Shown here piece by piece: positions 1-9,501 of a stretch of DNA of 64,000 nucleotides. Position 1 is the first letter of the stretch. Every line of letters starts with the position of its first letter. Source of the stretch: Deltaproteobacteria bacterium (GTDB lineage: Bacteria; Myxococcota_A; UBA9160; SMWR01); assembly GCA_032128375.1 (NCBI GenBank), contig JAQBGU010000034.1, positions 17,855 to 81,854 of the forward strand. The letters run 5' to 3'. The translations under genes were made by a program, and so were the position numbers. A model generated the notes under the pieces. It made no database searches. It worked only from the letters and a program-made list of their open reading frames with translations, and was not told the DNA's origin.

Positions 1-1
1 T

Positions 2-673
2 GTCGTCGAGCTGTGTGGCCACAGTCGGGTGAATTTCAGTCGAGACGAAACCTCGGGAACCCGAATCGTGAATATCCAAGCGGGTGAGGTGAAGCTGGTC
101 GTCGAGCCCCGGAACGCGGGTAACCGGATCGAGATCCACACGCCGGCAGCGATCGCGACGATTCTCGGAACCGTCGTTTACGTATCGGTCGATCCGGTAA
201 CCGGTGCGACGACCATCTCTTCGTCGCAAAGCCAGGTCAACATCCGGAGCGTCGATGACGCTGGGGCTGCGGGTACCACGATCAGTGCGAACGAGCAGCT
301 GTCAGTCGTGCCGGGCCAGCAACCGCAAGCGAAAAAGTCCATCAGCAACGACCAGATCGCGGCGCTGGCCGGCTGCCTGCTCGACTTCCACGAAATGGCT
401 TTGGAGACGGATCGGATTCCACAGGAAAACAAATCGGTCGAGCGAGTTGCGATCGCGGACGTCGGTGGTGCCGATCTACCGCCGATCGAGACGGGTCGCG
501 CGGCTGGGCCCATGATCGATCCCGGCGGAGACACCGGGGGCGATTCCGACATCGACGTCGAACTAGAACCGACCGACACCAATCAGGAAGCGTTGGAGCC
601 GCCGGAGATGGAGCCGCCGATGGAGCCGCCGATGGAACCGCCCTTTCCGTTCCGGGGAGAGCAGCAACGCTAG
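2..673 (+). CDS. FecR-domain protein (5' truncated by window edge), Pro/acidic C-terminal tail
   Basis: Open frame from the window start. The GEVKLVV...IEIHTPAAIATILGT segment matches the FecR TPxAxxxVxGT motif. Ends in (MEPP)n repeats. Confidence 0.75.
   Translation, partial: VVELCGHSRVNFSRDETSGTRIVNIQAGEVKLVVEPRNAGNRIEIHTPAAIATILGTVVYVSVDPVTGATTISSSQSQVNIRSVDDAGAAGTTISANEQLSVVPGQQPQAKKSISNDQIAALAGCLLDFHEMALETDRIPQENKSVERVAIADVGGADLPPIETGRAAGPMIDPGGDTGGDSDIDVELEPTDTNQEALEPPEMEPPMEPPMEPPFPFRGEQQR
594..643 (+). repeat. 12-15 bp tandem repeat encoding (M/L)EPP
   Basis: tggagccgccggaga / tggagccgccga / tggagccgccga / tggaaccgccc. Confidence 0.9.
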
Positions 674-701
674 TGCTCGCGAGGCCACCGACTCGGCTCG
701 G

Positions 702-3700
702 CTACATCACGCCGGAGAAGATGAAGTTCGCCCAGATCAAAGGACGGCGTATGCCGAGGCGTGCTTCGTCCTGCAGCTGTTGGAGTTTTGCGCTGCGCAG
801 CGCTTCGGCGCCGCGCAGCGAATCCGCGGGCAAGTCCTCGCTGGCCAACGCAGTATAGAAGCTCGACATCATGCGGCGGGTCGCCGCGTCATTGCTGCGC
901 CACAGGCTCGTGACCATGGCTTGCGCACCGGCAGCGCGGAATCCCCAACGCAGCCCCTGCACCTCCTGGCCGCGCAGCGCAAGACCCGTACCGGTGTCGC
1001 ACGCCGAAAGCACGACGAGCCCGGCACTTCTCATATCGAGTCCGGCGACTTCGTACGCGGTCAAGATGCCACTTTCGGATTCGGCATCGACTCGATCTGG
1101 CCGGTTTGCGCCCGCGAGCACGATGCCACTCAATAGCAGTGGATTCGGTGAGATGGCCTTCTCGCGCAGTTCGTCGCTGTCTGTTTGAGCCCCGCAGCCA
1201 CCGGTACCCGCGAAATACGCATGGGTGGCGAAGTGCACCAGCCACGGCTGGCTTTTCAATTCCTGTTCGAGCCGCTTCTTGGTGACTTCGGCGCCTGTCA
1301 CCGTAGTCGATTCGGACAATAGCCCGGCGATGTCCTGGAGTTCGCTTTCGGTCGCGGGGAGCATTTCGAACGGCTGCAGCTGACACGGACCCGCGTCCGT
1401 CAGTACCACCGGACCGCCATTTTCGCCGCCACCGAAATCCGGCGCGCCGATCAGCAGGGATCGCCGCAATTCGGCAGCCAGCTGCTTTGAATTGGACTCG
1501 CGGCGCTTCGACTCGGCCAGCTCGTAGGTCGATGTCAGGTATCCCACCGTCACTCGCTCGAGGAGATAGTGGTTCGGGTCTTCGGGGTCGGGGAGGACTC
1601 CGAGCGGTATCCCCCAGAGCGCACCGTCGGGGACGACATGCCAGCGTTTGACGCCCGCCAGTAGCGGCGCCAAGGGTACGAGCACGGCCTCACCCAGTTC
1701 GAGTCGGGCGATCGGCTGGTCCATCAGTTGGTCGCGCATCGCACTGGCGAATTTCTCAGCCGACTGTGTCAGCTTCGCACCTTCGCCGAGCTCGACCCGC
1801 GTCACTTCACAGCCGTCGCCGCGTACAACCAGCGCGGTGTAGGCCGAAACGGTTTCTGTGGCGTCGCCCTTCAGTGTTCGGTCGTAGGCGATGATCTTGA
1901 TCAGCGCGGCATCTGATGGGAGCTGCTGACACGCGCGCTCGAGCACTTCACGTGGTTCGAGGTTCGCTTCCTCTTTGCCGTCGCTCTGAAGAACCTCGAG
2001 GCCCTCGATGGCCTGTGCGAGCGCTTGGACCCGCTGCGCCGTGTCGGGGCCGTGGCCGAGGACCGCCGCGACATAGCGCTTGCGCAACTCGGTGAGTTCG
2101 GTCGCGAACCGCCCATCGCCGCGTTCGCTGGCTCGGCGCGCTGCGATGCTTCGCAATACGGAGTCGCGGTGCGGCAGCAATGCGACAAACAAGTCTTTTG
2201 CGTCGACGTCGGACACGCTTAGCAGCGCGCCGATGACCTGGTTGCTGTCCTGGGAAAGCAGCGCGCGCTGACGGTCGGAAATCGCGCCGAGGGTTCGCTG
2301 CGTGAAGGTCACGATCGATCGCGCCGCAGCAACCGCCGACGAGAGTGCTGTGGTTTGATCTCCCATCGCAAGCGCGGTCTGCGCGCGCGTAGTGCGCGCG
2401 CGCGCCACCAATGGGTGCTCCGGCCCCAGCGCCACCAACAGGACATCGATCGCGCTATCGATCTCGGCTGCGGCTTCGACCAGCTGGCCGCGCTGGGCGA
2501 GGAGTCGTCCTCGAGCCAAGCGGGTCGGTGCGAGGTCGGGGTGGCTGTTTCCCAGAACTCGGATCTGAGCTGTGAGTACGCCATTCAACAGCTCTTCCGC
2601 CCGCTCCGCGTTGCCGAGGTTGAACTCCATCACTGCCAGGTTTCGAACCACCGCGGCGACTATCGGGTGATCCGCCCCAAGAACCGATTGGAGGTCTGTG
2701 ACGGCAGCCGCGTATTCGTCGGCGGCCTGGCGGTTCTTGTGCGCTCCCCATTTCGCCAATGCGAGGTTGGTACGAACCCGAATGGTGTCGACACTCATTT
2801 CCCCCTGCGTCTCACGGAGGCTATCGAGCGCCGCCATGAAGGCTCCATCGGCGTTTGACCAGTCACCGATATCGGCCAGCAGCACACCGATCGAGTTCTG
2901 GGTGCGCGCTGTCTCCGCGTGCTTGGGGCCCAGGGTTTCCCGACGCAGTTTCAGGGTCTCGCGGTACGCGGATGTTGCGGCCGGGAAATCGCCGGCCAGC
3001 CGAAACGCATCGGCCTGCAGTTGCAATACGGCTGCGGTCGAAGGGTGATTCGCGCCGTAGATCTGACGGTGTCCCATCAGAGCCCGGTCGAGGTGGACCA
3101 TGGCTTCGCGCGGTGACCCGAGTAGCAGTGATGTGTAGCCCCTCACCTCGTCGAGTTCGGCCTGATCGGCGGGTTGTAGATCGATGTCCTTCAAGCGGTT
3201 GAGTTGCCCTTGCGCCCGTTCGAGGTCACCTGCCTGCGCGTAGAGCCGCGCGTAGTCGATCCGGTAGGTGGTCGCCCCGATCTGGGAGGCGAGTTCTTCT
3301 GCGACCATGGCTTCGCGAATCGCGAGATCGCTCTTACCGAGCTGAAGCAGAACTTTTGCCAGCAGATCGTGAATCTTGATCTGCTCCGCGGGCGGAGCAG
3401 CGGACTCGATCGTTTCCTTTGCGAGCTGCGCGGCTTCGAGTGCATCGCGATACAGCGCACGCTCGTAGAGCTTGAAGCCGGTGTCGAGATGTTGGGTGTA
3501 GGTAATCTTGTCGAGGGTCTTCTGCGCGGGCGCTGGTGTGCAAGCGCGCAACTTCTTGAATGCGCGCCCGAGAGCCGCGTCGATCTCACGATCGCTCGAT
3601 TCGCCGTCGCCCGGTTCACTGCCACCGGCGTACAGACGCACCAGCACCGCCGCATCGTGGCCCGAGCCGTACTCCTGGCTCACGGCTGACAGAAGCTCTG

Positions 3701-3896
3701 CCAGCACCGGTTTGGAATCGGCTTCGCTCTTGCACAGCGAGGCGGCTTCGAGCGTGAGTGCAACGAGTTCGGCAGTCTCAGCGCCAACAGTGCCGGGTCC
3801 GAGCAGTAACACGGCCGCGAACGTCGCAGAGAACTGCAACGCCAGATGCAAGAATCTCAAGCGCAACCGGCTCGCCGTGGTGTGGATGTCAGGCAA
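702..3896 (-). CDS. TPR-repeat CHAT-domain (caspase-like clan CD peptidase) protein with N-terminal signal peptide
   Basis: Kinesin-light-chain-like TPRs (YGANHPSTA, LGPKHAETA, LGADHPIVA, LGPEHPLVA). CHAT motifs VHFATHAYF and LVVLSACDTG with the His/Cys dyad, and a WANFIFSG end. Hydrophobic N-terminus. Start uncertain: TTG 3896 chosen; the ORF track starts at 3944, overlapping the upstream gene. Confidence 0.85.
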   Translation of the reverse strand: MPDIHTTASRLRLRFLHLALQFSATFAAVLLLGPGTVGAETAELVALTLEAASLCKSEADSKPVLAELLSAVSQEYGSGHDAAVLVRLYAGGSEPGDGESSDREIDAALGRAFKKLRACTPAPAQKTLDKITYTQHLDTGFKLYERALYRDALEAAQLAKETIESAAPPAEQIKIHDLLAKVLLQLGKSDLAIREAMVAEELASQIGATTYRIDYARLYAQAGDLERAQGQLNRLKDIDLQPADQAELDEVRGYTSLLLGSPREAMVHLDRALMGHRQIYGANHPSTAAVLQLQADAFRLAGDFPAATSAYRETLKLRRETLGPKHAETARTQNSIGVLLADIGDWSNADGAFMAALDSLRETQGEMSVDTIRVRTNLALAKWGAHKNRQAADEYAAAVTDLQSVLGADHPIVAAVVRNLAVMEFNLGNAERAEELLNGVLTAQIRVLGNSHPDLAPTRLARGRLLAQRGQLVEAAAEIDSAIDVLLVALGPEHPLVARARTTRAQTALAMGDQTTALSSAVAAARSIVTFTQRTLGAISDRQRALLSQDSNQVIGALLSVSDVDAKDLFVALLPHRDSVLRSIAARRASERGDGRFATELTELRKRYVAAVLGHGPDTAQRVQALAQAIEGLEVLQSDGKEEANLEPREVLERACQQLPSDAALIKIIAYDRTLKGDATETVSAYTALVVRGDGCEVTRVELGEGAKLTQSAEKFASAMRDQLMDQPIARLELGEAVLVPLAPLLAGVKRWHVVPDGALWGIPLGVLPDPEDPNHYLLERVTVGYLTSTYELAESKRRESNSKQLAAELRRSLLIGAPDFGGGENGGPVVLTDAGPCQLQPFEMLPATESELQDIAGLLSESTTVTGAEVTKKRLEQELKSQPWLVHFATHAYFAGTGGCGAQTDSDELREKAISPNPLLLSGIVLAGANRPDRVDAESESGILTAYEVAGLDMRSAGLVVLSACDTGTGLALRGQEVQGLRWGFRAAGAQAMVTSLWRSNDAATRRMMSSFYTALASEDLPADSLRGAEALRSAKLQQLQDEARLGIRRPLIWANFIFSGVM

Positions 3897-3919
3897 CGCG
3901 GAATGATATCCCTGCTGAT

Positions 3920-5926
3920 CTAGCCGAGTTCGGGGATCGAGCAATAGAGCTCCAATGCTTCGGGGTTCGCGAGCGCTTCCCGGTTTGCAACAGGGCGGCC
4001 GTGCACGATATCGCGCACCGCGAGTTCGACGATCTTCCCGCTTCGGGTTCTTGGGATATCCGCAACAGCAACCACGACGTCGGGAACATGTCGAGGGCTG
4101 GCATGGGTCCGAATCTGCAGGCGGATCCGGTCGACCAGGTTTGCGTCCAACACGACCCCCTCGCGCAACCGAACGAACAAGACGATGCGGACGTCAAGTT
4201 TCCAATCTTGTCCGATCACGAGGCTCTCCAGCACCTCGTCCATCTGTTCGACCTGGCGATAAATCTCCGCGGTCCCGATTCGAATACCGCCGGGGTTCAA
4301 TACCGCATCGGACCGTCCGTAGATGATGATTCCATCGTGCTCGGTGATTTCGGCGAAGTCGCCCTGACACCAGACGCCGGGGAACCGCTCGTAATACGCC
4401 GCCCGGTATCGGGCTCCTCCGGGGTCGTTCCAAAAGCCCACGGGCATCGACGGAATCGGCGCGCGACACACGAGCTCACCTTTGATCTGTCGCACCGACG
4501 AACCCGACTCGTCGTACACCGCTACGTCCACACCGAGGCAGCGCGTCTGGATTTCTCCGCGGTAGATCGGACCGATCGGATTTCCCCCGACAAAACACGA
4601 TACGATGTCGGTCCCACCGGAAATCGACGACAAGCAGACGTCTTGTTTGATGTTCTCGTATACGTAGTCGTAGCTCTCGGCGACTAGCGGTGAGCCAGTA
4701 GACAAGATGGTCTCGAGCGCGCCGAGATCGTGGGTTCGGACCGGTGCCAGGCGCGCCTTGGCGATCGAGTCGATGAATTTCGCCGATGTTCCGAAGACCT
4801 TCATCCGCTCTCGCTGAGCGAGATCGAACAACACGTTGCCATCGGGATGGAACGGGGATCCGTCGTACAGAAGGACTGTCGCTTCCGAGCCGAGACCTGA
4901 GATCAACCAGTTCCACATCATCCATCCGCAGGTCGTGAAGTAGAACAAACGATCACCAGGCCGGATGTCGACGTGTAGTCGATGTTCTTTCAAGTGCTGA
5001 AGCAGCGTTCCGCCAGCGCCATGAACGATGCATTTGGGTGCGCCGGTCGTTCCCGATGAATACAAGATGAACAGCGGGTGGTCGAACGGAAAGGCTTCGA
5101 ACGAAACAGGGGTGGGCGAGCTTGCGTCGCGACCCTGGTGCAGCGCTTCGAAATAGTCGATGCAGTCAAGCGAGTCTACAAGCGGGCCGCGCGCGCGATC
5201 GCGGCCGGCGTACGGCACCCTCACGGTGTGTTCGATCGACGGGATTTCGCGACGAATCTGCGTTCCGCGGTCGCTCGTGTCGTGCCACTTCCCGGCGTAG
5301 TAGTACCCATCGCAGAAGAACAAAACGGCGGGCTCGATCTGACCAAAGCGGTCGAGTACACCTCGTACGCCGAAATCGGGCGAGCACGACGACCAGATGG
5401 CTCCGAGGCTGGCCGTGGCGAGCATCGCGACGACGGCTTCTGGCAGATTCGGCAGATACGCAGCGACTCGGTCTCCCGAACTGATGCCCAACTGACGCAG
5501 GCTGGTGCGCATCGCCAAGACATCACTGTAGAGCTGTGCGTGAGTGAGTGTTCGGCGCTCGCGGTCTTCACCCTGGAAGATCAGCGCCGGCGAGTCGTCG
5601 CGACGTCGCAGCAGGTTTTCGGCGAAATTCAGTTGGGCGTCGGGGAACCACCGCGCGCCCGGCATCTGTCCGGGGTTGGCCAAGACGACGTCTCCCCGGC
5701 TCGTGGCCCGAACGTCGACAAACGACCACAGTGTCGTCCAGAAGCGCTCCGGCTCGTCGACCGACCAGCGCTGCAGATGCGAAAAATTCGCGACCTGTAT
5801 TCCCCAATCTCGTTCGACTGCCCGCATGAACGCGGTCGCGTTGGCCGCTTCGATGCGTTCGGGCGACGGGGTCCAAATTGGCCCGCTTGCGGTCTTTGAT
5901 GGATTCGACGTCGTTGACTCGACCAA
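3920..5926 (-). CDS. acsA: Acetoacetate--CoA ligase (acetoacetyl-CoA synthetase)
   Basis: WFPDAQLNFAENLL, YSSGTTGAPKCIVHGAGGTLLQHLKEH, FTTCGWMMWNW, SISGGTDIVSCF, ALANPEAL. Start placed at the TTG after an AGGAG SD (alternatives 5995 and 6049). Confidence 0.92.
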   Translation of the reverse strand: MVESTTSNPSKTASGPIWTPSPERIEAANATAFMRAVERDWGIQVANFSHLQRWSVDEPERFWTTLWSFVDVRATSRGDVVLANPGQMPGARWFPDAQLNFAENLLRRRDDSPALIFQGEDRERRTLTHAQLYSDVLAMRTSLRQLGISSGDRVAAYLPNLPEAVVAMLATASLGAIWSSCSPDFGVRGVLDRFGQIEPAVLFFCDGYYYAGKWHDTSDRGTQIRREIPSIEHTVRVPYAGRDRARGPLVDSLDCIDYFEALHQGRDASSPTPVSFEAFPFDHPLFILYSSGTTGAPKCIVHGAGGTLLQHLKEHRLHVDIRPGDRLFYFTTCGWMMWNWLISGLGSEATVLLYDGSPFHPDGNVLFDLAQRERMKVFGTSAKFIDSIAKARLAPVRTHDLGALETILSTGSPLVAESYDYVYENIKQDVCLSSISGGTDIVSCFVGGNPIGPIYRGEIQTRCLGVDVAVYDESGSSVRQIKGELVCRAPIPSMPVGFWNDPGGARYRAAYYERFPGVWCQGDFAEITEHDGIIIYGRSDAVLNPGGIRIGTAEIYRQVEQMDEVLESLVIGQDWKLDVRIVLFVRLREGVVLDANLVDRIRLQIRTHASPRHVPDVVVAVADIPRTRSGKIVELAVRDIVHGRPVANREALANPEALELYCSIPELG

Positions 5927-6100
5927 GGAGGCTCCTGCCCGCCGCGTCCCGCTCGCACCCGAGCGGCCCGTTCGAGGGGTCTTTGCGCGCGTCATGGTAG
6001 CGTCGCTTGGGATGCGGATGGCACGCTGGGTTGCGCGTGGGTGGGTCAATACTCACAATGCCGACGTGGGGCTGGTGATGCGGCGAAACGGGAGGGGGAA

Positions 6101-6268
6101 ATGGAGTACACCATTGCTGCCTATGTCATTGTGGTCGGGGCACTGGTCGCCTACGGGCTCCGTGTGCATCAACAACGTCGCGCGCTGATTCGACGCGCCG
6201 CGGAACCTGCCGCGTCTACTGCCACGGCCACGGCAACGGACGAGCCCACTGCTGCATCGTCTTCCTGA
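6101..6268 (+). CDS. Small single-TM protein, CcmD-like topology
   Basis: Strong SD GGAGGGGG before ATG. MEYTIAAYVIVVGALVAY followed by a basic patch (RVHQQRRALIRR). Confidence 0.6.
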   Translation: MEYTIAAYVIVVGALVAYGLRVHQQRRALIRRAAEPAASTATATATDEPTAASSS

Positions 6269-6303
6269 AAGCTGCTCATCGACCTGTTCATTGACATCCA
6301 TTA

Positions 6304-7161
6304 TTGGCCCCGATTCTCTGGCCGGATACAGCGTTGGAATCCAAACCGCGGGAAAGCTTCGCCAGCTGCGTCGAATTGCCCGACCCTCAGATCGACTTGT
6401 GTGAGGCCGCACTGTGGGTCGCGGCCGAGGAATACCCGGCGCTGGATGTATCGGCCTACCTCGCGCAGCTCGATGGGCTCGCCCAGTCGGTGAGGGTGCG
6501 ATTGAGCCCGGCGAGTTCGGCGGCTGATCGGGTGGTCGCGCTGAACCGCGTGCTGTTCGACGAGCAGGGGTTCAAGGGCAATCGCGAAGACTACTACGAT
6601 CCGCGCAACAGCTACCTCAATGAGGTATTCGACCGCCGGACGGGGATACCCATCACGCTCTGCCTCGTTTACATCGGAGTCGCACAGCGGCTCGGTCTGG
6701 AGGCCGCCGGCGTGAATTTTCCGGGCCATTTTCTCACCCGAGTCGAAGCTCCGGAGACGCTCATCGTGGACCCCTTCAGCGGCGCGGTGCTCGGTGCCAA
6801 CGAGTGCCAACGGCGGCTCGAAGCCGCGAGCGGTCGAGCTCAGGTTCTGCGACCTGCGATCCACTTGAAAGCGGCGCGGCCGCGTGAGATTCTGGTCCGA
6901 CTGTTATCGAATCTCAAGCAGGTATTCCTCGCGAATGCCGACCTAGCGCGCGCCGTTGCGTGCATCGATCGCATCTTGATCGTGATGCCGGGCGCCCACG
7001 GCGAACTGCGCGATCGGGGGCTGGTTTTCGAACAGCTCGGGTACTTCGCGGCCGCTGCGTCGGATCTCGAGCGCTTCTTGGAATTGGCACCGCACGACCA
7101 CTCGGCTTCGGCGATCGCGCAACGGCTCGCGGCGGTTCGGATGCGACTGAGAATCCACTAG
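6304..7161 (+). CDS. SirB1/YchA family protein (transglutaminase-like core + TPR)
   Basis: FKGNREDYYDPRNSYLNEVFDRRTGIPITL, GVNFPGHFL, ELRDRGLV. Confidence 0.9.
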   Translation: MAPILWPDTALESKPRESFASCVELPDPQIDLCEAALWVAAEEYPALDVSAYLAQLDGLAQSVRVRLSPASSAADRVVALNRVLFDEQGFKGNREDYYDPRNSYLNEVFDRRTGIPITLCLVYIGVAQRLGLEAAGVNFPGHFLTRVEAPETLIVDPFSGAVLGANECQRRLEAASGRAQVLRPAIHLKAARPREILVRLLSNLKQVFLANADLARAVACIDRILIVMPGAHGELRDRGLVFEQLGYFAAAASDLERFLELAPHDHSASAIAQRLAAVRMRLRIH

Positions 7162-7172
7162 AAGCGGGTCTA

Positions 7173-7361
7173 CTAGCGATTTTCGAGCTGGCAAGCCGTA
7201 TCGCAGAACGGATCCGGCTCCGGCTCCGGGCCAGGTCCAGGCCCGGGCCCCGGATTGGAGAAATTGCCATCCTTGATCGTTCTTTCACAACCCGACCCGA
7301 CGATCGCGACTCCCAGAAGGGCCACCGCGACGAGAAACCAACATGAGAGGCGCCGGCGCAA
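7173..7361 (-). CDS. Small lipoprotein with Pro-Gly/Pro-Glu linker and CxxxC tail
   Basis: SD AGGAG 6 nt before TTG. Basic N-terminus, hydrophobic core, lipobox GSG-C, then PGPGPGPGPEPEPDP and FCDTAC. Confidence 0.6.
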   Translation of the reverse strand: MRRRLSCWFLVAVALLGVAIVGSGCERTIKDGNFSNPGPGPGPGPEPEPDPFCDTACQLENR

Positions 7362-7600
7362 GTTGTTCTCCTAGATCAGATCGATCCAATTTCGGGCATC
7401 GCATCGGCGTCTGGCGTCGATCGTGCACTCCAGTCTTTATCAGTATTCGACTGGAAGTTCCAGGTCTTGGTACCGCCGTTTGGGACAATATGCGGTTGGT
7501 ACGTGTTTCTTTCGCCCCGTCCACAGGCCAACGCGATTGACGGGTTTTGCCAGAATTCTTGTCGGCGTCTGCACGGCGGCTCGCGCTCTTTCGCGGTGAC

Positions 7601-8842
7601 TTACAACAAGATTCCCGCAACGCAGCCAGTCATGAACGTCGCGAGCGATCCCGACAGAATTGAGCGCATTCCGAGCTGCGCGACGTCGGCGCGTCGGCTT
7701 GGCGCGATGCCCCCGATGCCGCCCAACAGGATTGCCAGCGACCCGAAATTCGCAAAACCGCACAATGCGTAAGAGGCGATTACCACTGACCGCGGTGACA
7801 GCGCGCCAGATTCGATCAGGCGCGCGAGTTCGCCATAGGCGATGAATTCGTTGAGTACCGTCTTCATGCCCAACAGTGCGCCGATACTCGGAGCATCCTG
7901 CCAGGGCACGCCGAGCAGCCACGCGACCGGCGCCAATGCGATACCCAATAGCTTTTGCATGCTCAGGTCTTCGACGCCGGCTAGCGACCCGAGACCGCCG
8001 ATGACTGCGTTGATCAGCGCGATGAGTGCGACGAACGACAACAACAATGCGCCGACATAGGCGGCCAATCGCAGACCCGCGATCGCGCCCTGGGCGGCTG
8101 CATCGATCACGTTGACCGAGGTCCGCGGCTCCGTAGTCCCGTCGGCCGTGGCCCCGCTCGGCAAATAGGTCTCCGGCGTTTGCGTCTCGGGAATCATGAC
8201 CTTCGCGATGAGAATTCCGGCTGGCGCCGACAGCAGGCTCGCGGTCGCGAGATGCCCCGCGAAATCACCACCGCCGAGCATGCCGACGTAGCTGAGCATC
8301 ACCGACCCAGCGACAGTCGCCATTCCCATCGTCATCAACAAGAACAGCTCTGAGCGCGTCATGCGTTCGAGATACGGCTTTACGAGCAATGCCGATTCGG
8401 TCATTCCCAAAAACAGGTTCGCGACGGCTGCCAGGCTCTCGGCACCCGAAGTTCCCATGATGGTTGAAAGCAACCGCGACAGCAGAGCGACCGCTCGCTG
8501 CATGACACCCAGGTGGTAGAGCACCGCGAACACACTTCCCATGAAGATGATGATCGGCAACACATTGATCACGAACGAAAAGCCAGTGTCCGCCAATGCG
8601 CCGAACACGAATCGTGAACCGATATCGGTGTAGGTCTGCAGCGCGGTCGCCAGTGCGTTCATTCCGTCGAAGAACGGGCCCCCGGCGGGCGTCTTGAGCA
8701 GTAGCACCCCGAGCGAGAACTGCAGGCCGAGTCCCCACGCCACGATTCGCCACGGGAACCGGCTGCGGTCAGTCGAAAAAACCCATGCGATCGCGAGCAT
8801 CACCACCATCCCCAATGCGGAAACCGCGCGCTCGGCGATCAT
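7601..8842 (-). CDS. nupC: Concentrative nucleoside transporter (NupC/CNT family)
   Basis: VLPIIIF, GTSGAESL, MATVAGSV, KTVLNEFIAY, YALCGFANFGS. ATGA overlap with the thiE stop. Confidence 0.92.
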   Translation of the reverse strand: MIAERAVSALGMVVMLAIAWVFSTDRSRFPWRIVAWGLGLQFSLGVLLLKTPAGGPFFDGMNALATALQTYTDIGSRFVFGALADTGFSFVINVLPIIIFMGSVFAVLYHLGVMQRAVALLSRLLSTIMGTSGAESLAAVANLFLGMTESALLVKPYLERMTRSELFLLMTMGMATVAGSVMLSYVGMLGGGDFAGHLATASLLSAPAGILIAKVMIPETQTPETYLPSGATADGTTEPRTSVNVIDAAAQGAIAGLRLAAYVGALLLSFVALIALINAVIGGLGSLAGVEDLSMQKLLGIALAPVAWLLGVPWQDAPSIGALLGMKTVLNEFIAYGELARLIESGALSPRSVVIASYALCGFANFGSLAILLGGIGGIAPSRRADVAQLGMRSILSGSLATFMTGCVAGILL

Positions 8843-9501
8843 GGCCGTGACCGCTCGACTCGAGCCGCCTGCGAGCTGCCGCGCGCCATCGCGTCGACGA
8901 GTGCGCGAGCCGCGCAGACTGGATCGTGGGCGGCCGCGATCGCCGAGATCACCGCGATCGCCGATGCTCCGGCGGCGGCGAGCTGTTCGGCGTGACTGCA
9001 TTCGATGCCGCCAATCGCAACCACGGGCCGCGGCGCGCAACGCCGCACGACCTCTGCGAGCATTTCAATACCGCGCGCTGGGTATGGCGAGTCCTTCGTG
9101 CGTGTGCCGAAGATCGGCCCGAAAGCGATGTAGTCGACAGGTTCGGATTTCGCGGTGTCGACCTGCGTCATGGTATGGGTCGATCGGCCGATCGCCAGCC
9201 GGGTTCGCAAGTCGTTCGGAATCCGATCGGGCGCGATGTCGTCCTGCCCGAGGTGTACGCCGTCGGCCTCGGCCAGAAGCGCCAGGTCGAACCGATCGTT
9301 GATGAACAATCGCGCGCCGAAATCGCGGGTCAGGGCGCGGATCTCGACCGCCCAGTCGAGTGCTACGCGGTCTGTCGCAAATTTGGTACGCAGCTGGATG
9401 GCCGATACCCCCCCCTCACAGGCTGCGCGGGCTTGCTCGACAGGGCGAAGCTTCCAGGCCGGGTTGTCATCGGCAAGCATCATCACGCCCCGCACCTTCA
9501 T
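8839..9501 (-). CDS. thiE: Thiamine-phosphate synthase
   Basis: IQLRTK, FINDRFDLA, ADGVHLGQDD, IGRSTH, FGPIFGTRTK, VAIGGI. Confidence 0.92.
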   Translation of the reverse strand: MKVRGVMMLADDNPAWKLRPVEQARAACEGGVSAIQLRTKFATDRVALDWAVEIRALTRDFGARLFINDRFDLALLAEADGVHLGQDDIAPDRIPNDLRTRLAIGRSTHTMTQVDTAKSEPVDYIAFGPIFGTRTKDSPYPARGIEMLAEVVRRCAPRPVVAIGGIECSHAEQLAAAGASAIAVISAIAAAHDPVCAARALVDAMARGSSQAARVERSRP

